A stretch of 64,000 nucleotides of DNA, taken from the NCBI GenBank assembly GCA_964234715.1, contig OZ174284.1; one strand, written 5' to 3'. Below are positions 1 through 13,159 of the stretch, piece after piece. The notes under the pieces were generated by a model. It ran no database searches. It saw nothing but the letters and a program-made list of their open reading frames with translations, and was not told the DNA's origin. Position numbers and translations under genes: made by a program. The DNA is from Podarcis melisellensis. Taxonomy: Eukaryota. Every line of letters begins with the position of its first letter. Position 1 is the first letter of the stretch.

Positions 1-176
1 TCGTGTGGGAGAAGACAAAAGGCACAAGGGGATGCAAGAGCCTCTGGTTTGATTTTGAAACAAGCTATAGTTTTGGGTTATGTCTAAATGGGGCCATTGA
101 GTAAATATTAGGTTTCTTTAGCCAAGTACTGTGCCTAGGACTTTCCAAAATCTAACAGAATCTCCCAACTATTCTA

Positions 177-553
177 CAGTGGTACCTTGGGTTACAGACG
201 CTTCAGGTTACAGGCTCCGCTAACCCAGAAATAGTACCTCAGGTTAAGAACTTTGCTTCAGGATGAAAACAGAAATCGTGCAGCAGCAGCAGCGGGAGGC
301 CCCATTAGCTAAAGTGGTACCTCAAGTTAAGTACTTAATTCGTTCCGGAGGTCCATTCTTAACCTGAAACTGTTCTTAACCTGAAGCACCACTTTAGCTA
401 ATGGGGCCTCCTGCTGCTGCCACGCTGCCGGAGCACGATTTCTGTTCTCATCCTGAAGCAAAGTTCTTAACCCGAGGTACTATTTCTGGGTTAGCAGAGT
501 CTGTAACCTGAAGCGTATGTAACCTGAAGCGTATGTAACCCGAGGTACGACTG
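177..553. mobile_element. Tc1/pogo-type MITE, fold-back chimeric copy
   Basis: TA flanks at 175-176 and 554-555; TIRs CAGTGGTACCTTGGGTTAC / GTAACCCGAGGTACGACTG; same family as 18357-18582. Confidence 0.85.
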
Positions 554-1789
554 TACTGCAATTCTTTTAACTAGAGAGGTCTGGGCTTGAAATTGGGACC
601 ATCTACATGCAATGTGTCTTCTCCAACAGTGAGTTAGTCCTTCAGAACTACACTAATAGCATACTTCATTTTTCACTATGAGCTTCTGATGGATCCTGTC
701 TGCATAGAACCATACAGATGTCAGCTCTGAGTATTTTAGCTGGCTCCTACTAATATTCCTGATTTTCACAAATATCTCTAGCCCATTTTAAATCTGATTA
801 TATTACTGGCTATCAGCTCAATCACTGTTCCACTGGTGAGCTGTGCACAGAACCAAAACACCCCCTTTCTTGTTTTAGATCTGATGTGCATTAATTTCAG
901 TAGGTTCTCTCTGGTTCTTACATTAACCAGAATAAGCAGCTCTTCTACTGTCATTGTTATTCAAAACCACACAGAAATGCTTTTATTTTATTACCCCTTT
1001 GCTGCCTGTTTTCTGTCCTAAGGCATCCTCTCCCTGTATGGAAGTCTTACATACCCATGGTTATTACAGTTTCTTTTTCTGAACCTTTTTCCAGTTTCCT
1101 ACTGTATTTGTTTTGAGATGAGGTAGCTAGAGCTGTTTATAGTACTCCAACAGTGAACAGAATGTCACCGATCTCCAGCATCAGAAATTATTTCAGTGAC
1201 ACAACAGACAACTGTGTCAGTGCTAGAAGCAAGCAGAGTGGGTGCTGAAATCAATCATCTGGTCCAAGTGGGAGCAAGGGAAAGGGAGAGAGGAGGGGAG
1301 GAAGGACTGTTCGCTAAAACTCACACAATGCATATTTTATTGCTCTGAGAGCAAGATTCGTCCCTCTGGTCATTAATTAATTATTCAAATATTGCCTTAA
1401 AAACTCTGTTTGCTTTAGCCCATGAATGACACTAAACATTACTCTTACTTTCTCTGCCCCATGATGCTTCCTCTATCCCCCTCACCAACTTTCACTCTGA
1501 ACCTCCCTGGGGCTGCGACTGCAAGACTTGCTGCTGCAAGCTTTATTAAATGATGCCAGGGGAGACTGAAGTGTGGAACAAATAAAACTTTACTTAACAC
1601 AGTAAAACACTACAACTGATCCTAAAATGGCTGCTGTCATTCCCTGCTCCTCTTCTTGCATTATTACTTCCCTACATGCAGAACAATCTGCTTCCTACTA
1701 CATCTCCCTCTATGTGTGCGAATTGATTTTGTGTGTGAGAGAGACACAGTCACACACACACACATACATTGTATCTGGTACACCTTATT

Positions 1790-1989
1790 CCAGCACACTA
1801 TGTGTCAGCACTGGTCCACCTGCTTGAGGTGGTAGACGAACCCAAATGTCTACCTGGGTTCCACCATAACCAACAATCGTTCCATGAACACTGAGCTGGA
1901 CAAGTATACTGGCAAGGCAGCTAAGGCAATGGCTGTAGGTGCACTCTTCTACTGTCTCCTGTGATAGACGGGTGCCAACAACAACAACG
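1790..1989 (+). mobile_element. RTE LINE fragment (internally deleted; RT piece joined to 3' tail)
   Basis: About 1790-1935 resembles 53155-53303 of the RTE copy. It ends in the RTE-type tail ...gacgggtgccaacaacaacaac. Confidence 0.65.
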
Positions 1990-3119
1990 ATGCAGCCACA
2001 GGTTATCTCAGTGACCAAACCTTTCCTGGACTCACACAGGCACTTGGGCTACAAACAGTTTCATTTGCTCACCTATGCCCTTGATAGAGCACTAGCAACT
2101 GTTACCTGTCTGCCTGTACTTGATATTTATTTAATGTTTGTACCCATCCTTGGATTCCTTGGAGTATATAATGCAAACATTTTCACAAAATTGGCTCCTG
2201 TGGATTATGGTTTGTTTCCTCCATCACTGATTTTACAGAGATGAATAAATGGAATTATGTATGGCCCAACATGGTTACCAATATTTATTTTCCTATCTGA
2301 GCACAGATTATTTATTTTTTTGACTGTGCAATAGGTGAGCCTTTCTGCCACAACAATACAGCACCTAATCTTGCAGGGAAATGGTTCGCAGATTCAGTTC
2401 CATTCAGCTGCTTTTGTTAGCTACTCTTTAACTGTCTGGAAACAATTTCATGGATTTACATCCAGTAAAACTCAGTAATCTTATAAACCTTATATCTGTC
2501 AAAAGTTCCACTGAATGTACAGAACCTAGAACTTCTGTCATTCATCTGAATTTCCCAAAAAATCACTACTGGTAATCAAGAACTATAAATTGTTCTTTTC
2601 CTGCTAACTTACAGGTGATCTCTTGAGTGAAATGAAAATATTTCTTGTTCATACTTTTCATATCCAAACATATACTCATCTGACCTTGCATATGCATGTC
2701 CATAATTGTACAACTACTGAACTGACCTACTCTCTAGAGTCTTCTGGATTATAACCTTCAGTTTTTCTATGTGATTTATTTCCTTTTGAATTTGCTCCTT
2801 TAGTCAGGACTACCTGGTGTGATGGGGCAGAACCACCTACCCAACACCGGCATCCACTGCAGCTTATCAGGGCAGGGCAGGTGGAGCTGTGCAGGAGCAC
2901 CAGCAGAAGGAGGAGATTGGCTCTGCCCTTGTGCCGGCACAGACCTCCCTATCCAGGTGAACTGCAGCAATGCTGGGTGAAGATGGTAGCTTAGCCATCA
3001 CACCAACTGCTCCTAGTGCCACTGGACTCTTTATCCCTCAATGCCCTGAAAACTTACACATTCAACTACTTTAAAAGAGTATAAAATAGACATTCATGGT
3101 GGTTAGTACATATATTAGG

Positions 3120-3471
3120 TAAAGGTAAAGGGACCCCTGACCATTAGGTCCAGTCGTGACTGACTCTGGAGTTGCGGCGCTCATCTCGCTTTATTGGCCG
3201 AGGGAGCCGGCGTACAGCTTCCGGGTCATGTGGCCAGCATGACTAAGCTGCTTCTGGTGAACCAGAGCAGCGCACGGAAACGCTGTTTACCTTCCCACCG
3301 GAGCAGTACCTATTTATCTACTTGCACTTTGACGTGCTTTCAAACTGTTAGGTTGGCAGGAGCAGGGACCGAGCAACGGGAGCTCACCCCGTCGCGGGGA
3401 TTCAAACCTCCGACCTTCTGATTGGCAAGTCCTAGGCTCTATGGTTTAACCCACAGTGCCACCCGCATCCC
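3120..3471 (-). mobile_element. Sauria SINE (Squam1-like), full length
   Basis: (ACCTTT)n tail on the minus strand (ggtaaaggtaaagg); tRNA-like head with a B box (ggattcaaacc on +); 16-bp TSD tagtacatatattagg at 3104-3119 and 3472-3487. Confidence 0.92.
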
Positions 3472-4042
3472 TAGTACATATATTAGGCTCTACTCAAAAA
3501 CTAAAATTTTAAGAAAATGAAACTTTTATGATGCGAGTATATTTTTGAAATGTGAAGTGTATATCTCTATAACAAATTTGTGTTATTAAAAAGCAGCTTT
3601 AAAAATATGTAGCATGATATTAGAAAACAGTTTGCTCTTTTTGAGAGTTCCAATACAAGTTGATGTATGTGGGCATTCAGAATATTTTAAGGTAAGATAT
3701 GGGTGTTGATTGATCTAATGCATTACAGGTTGTTGTTGTTTTAGATTTTGAAGCAATTTTGTCCTTGAGGCTACTCTATTCTAAATAGGTCTTTGCAACA
3801 TATGAATACTGTAGTAGTAGTAGTAGCAGCAGCAGCAGCATAAAGCTTAAAATAAACTGAGCACTTCACAGAACTGAGCACTTCACATCCGTGCTCAGAG
3901 GCTTGCGGACAAAAATGAGCAAGGTACAAGAGGGCAGGGGAACAGAAAGGGAGCTAAGGATGTACAAATGGGTAATTTATAAAGCACTTCAAGCTGATAA
4001 ACCTTTTAATTTGTAGAAGTCTCACATCTTAAATTGTCCTGG

Positions 4043-4056
4043 CAATAATAATAATA

Positions 4057-4104
<48 letters not shown>
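4043..4104. repeat. (AAT)n/(TAT)n microsatellite
   Basis: Direct reading. Confidence 0.95.
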
Positions 4105-4106
<2 letters not shown>

Positions 4107-6153
4107 AGTATAGAACTGTGGATATAAGAATCAGCATTGCAATGCATGGGTTTATTGTGAACCAAAATAAAACAAGGAAGTTTGAAGAAAAGACTGAAGA
4201 TAATTCTACGTATAGTTGCTATCCTGAAATGATGAAAATGCTTGCCATATTAAGAACTGAAGGAACAACATGTTCTAGGAAAACAACAGAGTATCCTATT
4301 CTGCACATGTTTAGTTACAGATGGAAGGATGAGATCTATTCATTGAACTACAGTATCTCGAGTAGATTTGTTTGATTTGTTTCAGAAGTTACTTTTAATT
4401 TTAGAAAAACCATCCTTCTGGACTCAGTGTATTTTTCAAATTACAGAAACTACATATCCAAGATGACAGTGATTAGTGGTGCTGCCTGAGAAATGCAGCT
4501 GAACAACATCTTCACAGCCTTGCCCTTTGCTGCATATGGCCCCTTCAACATTGGTTATTAGCAATAATTTAAGATATATCTCTCCCGCTAGCATGAACTA
4601 GAGGAACAGAAAAGAGAGAATAACTAACTAAAGCTCGTGCTACTGCTAGTTAATAAAATGCCAATGTATTATTCAAGAGCGTGTCTATATTTTATAGCTG
4701 CTGCACAGAGGGAGCCGCCAGCTTGCTTCTGGCATTTTGGTAGCATAAGACACATTGCAACAGCTTCTTCCCACCCTCTGAGCATTGCAGACATACATCC
4801 GGGCAAACAGACATGGATGCAGGCAAATATACTGTTGTCATACGAATTTGGGGGACAGAGAGAAGATAGAAAATGGCTACAATACATTAGCACTGTTCCC
4901 AAATTGTGTCAGATCCTCACACCTATTCTGCTTGTTGCAATCTTAATTTCTTGATGATTTTCCCCTGCAGTTGGAAGCTGCTAGCCAGAACTACAATTTA
5001 CTATACATCAGATTGGAAGAGATACCACAGAACATGATTGCCCACAAAGATACAAATAGTTGGGAAATTCAGTCTGTTGTTGCTCACTAGCCAATGTATC
5101 CAAAGTTGTGTTTAGTGGTATACAAACAAGTATGGCTTCTGTCTCAAAGCTTCCTACACTTTTCCTCTTCAATACAGAATGTGGTTCATTTCCTTATTAA
5201 TATCAATCATCAAAACAGAAATCATTTTGGGTGGTAAGCCAGGGTCAAGACCACCATCTCAATTTCCTTCCTCTGTCTTACCCTATAATCATTTCTTCCT
5301 CTTTAGTTTGCAATTTAGTACTTTACCCAGCTACAAGTAAGACTACTGTCTCCTCTTGGCAGGGAAAGAGAAAGAAATTTCCATTCTTCAACGGAGCACT
5401 GGGAGAGTGTTGTGGCATCTTTGAGGCACCATCATGTTGCTAAGATACTAAGGTGAGCAGATACCAAAGTTCCCAGACTAAGCCCAAACATCAACACTGC
5501 TCAAACAGTAAAAAATGTATTGTACATTATTTTAGAAATAACCAGGAACAAAGAAAACGTTAAAGGAATTAACAATAGAAAGCCATCCTTGAGGTTTGAA
5601 GTTATCTAATTGACCTAGATCTCAAAATTGAGATTTATGGTTCAGAAACTATTCCAGGAAAGCTACATCCACTGCACATCTCAAAGAACAGCAATCTACA
5701 GGTAAGAAAAAAAGACCCTTCCTCGCACCGTGCTGTGAAGGCAGTAGTCAAATATAGCAGATGAAAAGCCAGTGCTATCCCTAGAGTCATTTCTTTCCTT
5801 TAGCCAGGTATGGGGAGCCTGTGGTGCTCCAGATGGTCTTGGATTACAACTCCCACCATCCCTGACAATTAGCCATACAGATTCCCCACCCCTCCCTTAA
5901 AACTCATGGTCCATACAGAAGACACAGAATGACAAAGCCCCAAACTCTGAAACCTTATAGGCAAAACTGACTAACCAGTACAGCACTTGGTTCCTTTAAC
6001 AGTAGAATAGCAATGGGCTCTCGAGCAGATTGCAATAAGTAGACATTCTTCAAGTTTGGGAATAGGAGCCAGTGGACACAATATGGGTTCATAACAGCTT
6101 CACTGATCAAGAATTATTAAATGTGGACATACTGTACATGAAAAACAATTAGT

Positions 6154-6167
6154 CCTCTCTCTCTCTC

Positions 6168-6222
<55 letters not shown>
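6154..6222. repeat. (CT)n(CA)n microsatellite
   Basis: Direct reading. Confidence 0.95.
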
Positions 6223-7867
6223 GGTTACTAGGACAGCACCTAAGATAGACACTTTGCTACCTCCTTGTTGCTGAGACAGAGTAACATGCACACAGAGATC
6301 CAACTGCTTAAACTGCATTAAACTGACAAACTACTGTATTGAGAGCAGAAAAAAACCCTATAAAATAACCTGTGTCCAGGAAAGAATGACAAAATAACCT
6401 ATGACATGTTCTCATGAAATTGCTTAGAGACAAAATTCTTCAGTAAAATCATGCTAACTTGCAATTCCTTTAAGTTCACCTAAGGAAAGGATGGCTCAAA
6501 GGTCTGTTAGAACTATACTATGGTCTCCAGATAAATATAATCACTGTTATCTCCACTTCTGCATTTTTATACAGACCTTGTATAGTGCAGGTTATTGATA
6601 CTAACAAAAAGTGTTAAGCAAATAAGTAATAATAAAATTTAAAATTGGAAGAGAAACAATAGGAAAACAAACATTTAGAAGAGCAGGTACTGACATAATG
6701 AAACTGAGAAGCTTTTTAGATGGACTATGAAAATCACCATTTTGAATATTTAGTACTCTGCTATTTTCAGTTGTTTTACATGAATACTGCAGCTTTTATG
6801 TTTAATGGGGGATAATTCATTGTGTGTCTATGTTTGTAGTGTTTTAATTCTGTTGCTTTTGTCCCTCTATTGTATGCCACTTTGAATATGATTAGTCCTA
6901 CAAAAATGTTATAGAAACGTTAATAAGAATAACAATGATATAAAAACCAGTTTTTAAACATGGCAGGATCCTATAGCATAAGGCCTGCAGGCAGTAGTTG
7001 GAAGGGTGAGAGGCTAGTATTTTATCCGAGTCAGGCTGAAGTCAGGATCCAGAACAACTGAGAGGCCAGAATTGGGTGTGTAGTAAGGTCAGATCTGGAA
7101 CAACAAACACAGATCACAGGCCAGAGGCAGGAATGTTACCAAGGTTGGACAAATGGCAAAATTCTAAATGAATGAATGAAGTATAGGAGGCGCAAGGTAA
7201 GGGACATACATCCATATGGCTACTCTTTGACAAATTAGACTGAGGATGAAATCTGAGTTAGTTGTTTATATAAGATAAGGCATCTACTGGTTCCTCAGTT
7301 CACCTGGTGTAGCTGGACAGATGAGCTGCAGTACCCTTCTCTGACCATTATTTGGTTCATTTGGAATGAAAACTGTCATGGTAGCAACAGGAAGTAGGGG
7401 GCTTGGTCCCATGTCAGAAAACAGCAAAGCAATAGATTTAGATAAAATAATGCAACCAGCTATCTTGTGAAGTGGTGAGATCTTTGTCCTTGGATAGACA
7501 CTACTTAGGGATATTTAGAAACATCCTGTCTTGGGGCAGGAATTTGGACTACATCATCTGTAGAGTGTCAACTCTGATCTGGTCATAATCATTCTGAGAA
7601 ACAGCAAAGGCTAGCAAAAAGGTTATAATGTTAAGTTCCAGTCGCATCTTTGGGCAACAATACAAAACTAGACAAACAGTAGGAGAGCTGATTTATATGT
7701 TTGCATTTGGTGGGCAGAGACCTGGATATTGTTGTGGTTTCCAATACATGGTTCTTGTGAAAAAAGCAGGATATTTAAACAAGCAATTCTGCCAAAGATA
7801 TGTTAAGATTATGCTTGCTTATATCCAGAGAGAAGAAATGCCATGGTGTATGTGCAGCAGTACAACT

Positions 7868-8005
7868 TGATGCCTTCATCTGCCCTAGCTGCAACAAAAC
7901 ATCTCCCATATTGGTCTCTGTGGTGCTGTAACACTCCAATGGTTTGACTTCACCCCCAATGGTGCACTCTTCCGTTGTATCTCAGGACAGACAGATGCCA
8001 ACAAT
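7868..8005 (+). mobile_element. RTE 3' end fragment
   Basis: Shares the tail gtttgacttcacccc...gacagatgccaacaa with 43835-43899 and, reverse-complemented, 39186-39255. Confidence 0.6.
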
Positions 8006-8091
8006 ATCCAGATAAAGGAATGCATTTCCAGGCTACTGGAATATGCACTCTCCAAAAGGCAAATCCTTCCCACCAAAGAAGCCCTTTATTG

Positions 8092-8803
8092 TAGCAGCGT
8101 AGTGTGGGTTGCCAGAGCCAAGGGCAGGCAAGTGTTGCACCCTCTTGGTGAACTGGGCAGCTGGGGTGGGAATGCGCACCAGGAGGGCATGCACGGAGGG
8201 TGAACAGAGCCAGAGCCGTCTTTCCCATTGGTGTTAGTGGTTCGTTGCACCAGGGCGCCGGCATCTCAGGGGCGCCCTAGCTAGTGGGGGAGCTATGTGA
8301 CTTTGCTGGCAGCCTCCCTTTCCCTGCACGACTGCCAGCTGAACCCCACCAACTATATGGCTGGCTGGCGGGTATGCAGCTTCCCTCCCAAGCCTCTGCA
8401 TCTGCTAAAGACAGCTCTGCTCCTGATCGCTGTCCTCCTCCTGCTTCCTGACGAAAGGTGGTGTGCAGCATTCCCAGGCTGCCTTCTCAGGTTCTCCGAC
8501 ACCGGAGAGCATGTCCGCCAGCACATTTTCCTGCTTGATCGCTGCAACCACGCCAGGGATTGGGGCAGTGGGGGAGGCAGAGGACATTTTCCACCACCCC
8601 CTCCCTTGTTTTGGAGTTGCCACTGGGGCGCCGGAGGGATCTTTGCACCACGGCACCGGATATGCTTAAGACAGCCCTGAACAGAGCCCGCCTCCAACAG
8701 GCTCCTTGCCTGCTGCCCTCCATCCACCTGCCCACTAGACCAATGTGCCTGCCTGTGCACCTGGGGCCACAGCCCTGCTGCCCCCCCCCATGCTACGTCT
8801 CTG
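8092..8803. mobile_element. Non-autonomous hAT-like DNA transposon
   Basis: Near-perfect 8-bp TSD ctttattg (8084-8091) / ctttactg (8804-8811); degenerate TIRs (tagcagcgtag / ctacgtctctg); GC-rich interior. Confidence 0.6.
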
Positions 8804-9669
8804 CTTTACTGTCAAACAAAAGGGAAACTAGATCAAGGTGCCAATGTAACGGCAGATAGATTCTCCCCCTTACCTTCAAACCCTTTTTGGTGAGTAATGG
8901 CTATCTTATAGAGAGTGATTCTACAACAGCCACTCTTCTCCAACCTCTGAAATCAAAAGAATGGCCGCTGTCTATAGGAACCTAAGCTGCAACAAATATC
9001 TGATTAATCATTCCAGTGTCGTCAACATAATCACTGTAAGACACTTCATATTATAAAAGCCATTTCTGATAAGTTAGCGCAGGTGAGGTGGGCTATCAGT
9101 TGTTCCTTTTTCCCTTCCCCACATTCCTCCCTTTTCCTCCACTTAATCCCTTCTGCAATGACACTCTGCAGCAAGCAGATTGCCACCCAGGTTGAGCCTG
9201 TGATACAAAGAACTGTGTTAACTGAGTAATTAAATCATTTCCGTAATTACTCTATAAGCTTATAAATAATTTAGACCTGCACATTCACAAAGGGAAGGGA
9301 ATACAAAGAGGCATATGCAAAGAGAAGAGCCAGAAATAAAGAAATGTTAGCATTTATACAGCACTTCGAATTTTCAAAGCACTATGCAAACAGTAATTAA
9401 GGTAGTAAAAAGGAGAGAATGGCAGGCAGAACAGGGAGAGGCAGGGTGTGAGGAAGAGAAAAACCTTGTGCCACTTGTTTGTGTGAACCAGACTTCAGAT
9501 TTACAGCTATAGGAGCTGATCTATTCTATTCAGGTCCAGGGCATATTCAGCGGATCTGTTTTTAAGATCTTTAATTTTCAGTTTGGATTAATTTATAATG
9601 CAACCCTATTCATGTCTATGCATAAGTAAGTTCTGTTAAGTTCAATGAGGATTATTCCCAGGAAAGTAT

Positions 9670-10330
9670 TGTTACCGGAAAAATCCGAGGGCTCCCTTGG
9701 ACAAAAACAAAGACACCAACAAGGATAACTTGGAGCAAAACAGCAGCCTGTAGGCTTGGCCTTTATTGAACTGTTGCAACAGGGTATTCCCCTCACTTGC
9801 GGGAGAGAGGAAAGACACAGAAAAATGGTGTGCAAGACCTTATAAAAACTTTTGAAATTCCCATCCTGTAGGTCAAGCCCACCCCCAGAAACATCATGCA
9901 TACATTACAGAAAGGAGGGGTTGAGTCATTTTCAGAAGACAAAAGGTAGTCGCAGTTTCCTGCCCCCTGAGGGAAGATCTGATCATTGTCCTTTGTTCCA
10001 GTCCATGCTGAATCCACTCCCATATGGAAGTTCTTTGTGATCTTGATTGTCTTCTGTCTAGGACCATCAGGGTTGGCATAGCAACTGGGCAGGGCTCCTG
10101 TGGATGTGCTGGGATGGTGAAGGGATTATGGCTGGCCTGTATCAAACCTTCCCCATTTTGTAGTCCTTCCTTCATGGAGTAAAATAAAAGTGGAACAGTG
10201 CAAATCCGATGTACTGTATGGTTGATTTTCTATGAATTTATAACAGAAGCGTAGCGTATGTAGTGTGTGAGTGTGAGTGTGTGTGAAGTTTGTACAAACT
10301 GAATGATTGGGGGGGTTGTTTCCTGCTACA
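9670..10330 (-). mobile_element. Solo LTR (ERV1- or Gypsy-type)
   Basis: TG...CA termini; 4-bp TSD gtat at 9666-9669 and 10331-10334; on the minus strand a TATA-like box near 9840-9848 followed by AATAAA (9767-9762) and a GU-rich tract. Confidence 0.8.
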
Positions 10331-11231
10331 GTATATATAGGATTGCATCCTTATTCAGTCAACTTTATGAACATATTTTCCAAGCCTTTCGAATGATTTG
10401 ATATATACCTAGGCACCTAGCGCCATTACTGATATGATTAGATACTTGACTGAATATATTTTCATTTAAGGCAGCTTTCCCTGGGGTGTAACCCAGTTAT
10501 TTATGGAATACCAATTGTATTACCTGCATAGATTGTTTTACTATTTTTATAATTTGTAAATACGTTTTTTTGTTTTTTAAGTTTATGGAAATTGTTTTAC
10601 TATTTTTAGCACTCGTGTTTTATTCTGTTTTTGTCTTATGCACCACCTCAATGACTTTTAAAGTAGTCTATCAATTTGTTAGATAAATAAATAATAATAA
10701 TAAATATATTATAGGCCAAGCTGTTTTTAGAAGCCCCTAGGCTTCAACATGTGTATAGTCACAAGATGGAAACAGCACAAGTGTGTTCAAACCAAGTTAA
10801 TAGAAAAATATAAACTAGTTTGAGAAAGTATGAGAAGAGAGTAGTGTGAATTCAAAAGGAAGAAGTTCAAGAAAAATCACTGGTTCAGTTTCCATGGCTG
10901 TCAGCCTATTATGGAGCCTTAAAAGTAATAACTCATCCTGAGGTACAAGCTATGACCTACAGAGCATTAGACATGCATTCGTGACCAAGGCATATTGCTG
11001 AATATATGGTAAACCATGAACTGTTACATATTTGGGCCAAGGTGCAAGGGATAGATTTGTAAGTCAGATTGCATAAGCTTGCCTCATATCTTGAAGTGCA
11101 TAGGTCAAATCTTGCTGCTGACAATATAAAGAAAGCTTACACATGATTGTCAGTATTTATTATATGGTGCCCTTTTAGAAACTAGACATGTTCTTCCCAT
11201 CACATCTTTTGTTTCTCTCTCCCTCTTTCTT

Positions 11232-11273
<42 letters not shown>

Positions 11274-12005
11274 TTGTTGTTGTAGATAGAAAAAAACTTA
11301 TGTGCACAGCTGAGGTATTCAATTGTGCATTGCTAAAGTTGATGCAGTGACATTCAGCAAGGCATTTGTGGAACTAGAGAGATTCCTGAGACAATGATTT
11401 CCAGAACTGGGCATTACACTCTGGACACAATGACTCTCTTAAGTTTATATCTTCTTTATTCCTTGTCATCCCATCCTGCATTCATCTTGCTTTCCCAGCC
11501 CATCCAACTCTTTCTGGAGCTTCAGATGATAATTCGCATATGAAACCTTGACAAAGATGGCTTGGAGCACAGAAAGATGGCTTGGAGCACATCAGAGTAC
11601 AGAAAGGAAAAGAATCATGTCTCCCTTTCTTTTGTAAATTGCCTCACAGGTTTTACATTTAATGAAACTTTCCCCCTTTGATCATACCAGATTCTCTTTA
11701 CAACCTGCCCTTTCCACATATATTTCTGCATCTAGTAGTTTGCTCACCTTGCAGTTTCCTCTTATCTACCTCTCACCCACCCTGGTTGTGGCTCAGTTGG
11801 TCTCTGCAATGCAGTTTCTCATGCATTGTCCATTCCTATTTTGAAACAGCTTTACGTTCCAACAGAATGTATTTTTCTCTGCGGGATTGCACTGTTCACC
11901 ATGAAGAAACACATTCCACTAACCGGTCTAAATAATTGTTTTGTTTTTGTTCAATTTTGTTTCTCTTATTGGCAATATTTTGCAGACTACCTTGACCATT
12001 TTAAC

Positions 12006-12045
<40 letters not shown>

Positions 12046-12050
<5 letters not shown>

Positions 12051-12308
12051 GGTTTTGGTGTCCTCGGGTGTCTTCCCGTGTAAAAGTTGGGGTGTCTAGG
12101 CGACGTTTCGACGAGGTCTCACTCGTCATCTTCAGGCTGGTGCTTTCGGCTTCTTGTTACTGGAACCAACCGAAAGCCGAAAGCACCAGCCTGAAGATGA
12201 CGAGTGAGACCTCGTCGAAACGTCGCCTAGACACCCCAACTTTTACACGGGAAGACACCCGAGGACACCAAAACCTGCATTCCTGTACCCGTGAAAATCT
12301 ACGAAAGC
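12046..12308 (+). mobile_element. Penelope-like element remnant (inverted pseudo-LTR palindrome plus 28-nt tail) within (TA)n
   Basis: Perfect 107-bp inverted repeat (12046-12152 / 12174-12280) with a 21-nt spacer; unpaired tail tcctgtacccgtgaaaatctacgaaagc; (TA)n on both sides; hammerhead-like core. Confidence 0.75.
12186..12230 (+). ncRNA. Putative minimal type I hammerhead ribozyme (mirror copy on the minus strand at about 12096-12140)
   Basis: CTGAAGA (12191-12197), extra T, stem II GACGAG/CTCGTC (12199-12204 / 12211-12216), GAAA (12217-12220), then CGTC. The ACGT palindrome could give a dimeric stem III. Predicted cleavage is after GUC at 12224. Stem I is weak (2 bp). Confidence 0.55.
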
Positions 12309-13159
12309 AAATATATATATATATATATATATATTTCCCTCAGTGACTTTTCATTCAAACAACAGTACACTGATCTAGTTTATCTGATCTCACCTCCTAG
12401 AAATACAGTAACACTACAAACTATCAGTTTATTCAGTGGTCAATATCAGCTGCTTCCTAGGGGAAAATACAAGGAGCCACAGAGCAGTTAGTGAAATCAT
12501 CTGTCACCTGCTGTTCAGAATAACAGAAAATCCAACAAAACATCCTTAATAGAAGAGAAAGGACTTTCTAAGTAGATAAAATGTTATGCTAAAGAATAGG
12601 CTTCTTTGTAATGTTAAGGCTGAACTGCTTTTATGACCTATACATGAAGACTACCCAGAAGATAGTTCAGAAACTGTATCTGGGACAGATGGTAGAAGTT
12701 CAATAATTTCCAGGGTGGTGGTTTTGTTTTGCAAGTTCTTAGTAGTTTGGGTCTACCATACCAAAAACCTATTGTTGTGCCTTGCTTCCTATCCTGAATT
12801 TTAAAGTATGGCTGACCTGGAGGGCTACACTGCATGGTGACAAACCATTTTCCTCTGTGCCTGGTTTGGATGTGCATGTAGTGAAATAGTTACCCAAATA
12901 ACACCCACACAAACACATATTACTGGCCGGATTGTGATAAGAAGCTTGTGGAAAGTCATCCTCCATGCCAATGGCTCACAGTAAACTACTCAGATGACTA
13001 GTTCAATCCCAGCAGATGAAAAATACCACAATACACTTGTTTAATAGTGAGAATATTCCACTTAAATATTCTATTTCTTCCTCAGTAATCCTTTTGGCTA
13101 GTAGATATTACTTACTATTATAGCCACAAGCCTATCATCTTCCCACTATCTTCCATTTT

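Noticed and set aside
6960-7420. Possible Gypsy-like solo LTR
   Set aside because: The composition is suggestive, but I could not fix TG...CA termini with a TSD.
8277-8859. Cluster of overlapping ORFs on both strands
   Set aside because: GC-rich interior of a non-autonomous hAT, with no transposase motifs.
11553-11592. Short tandem duplications (also at 3855-3887)
   Set aside because: Ordinary 17-20 bp slippage duplications.
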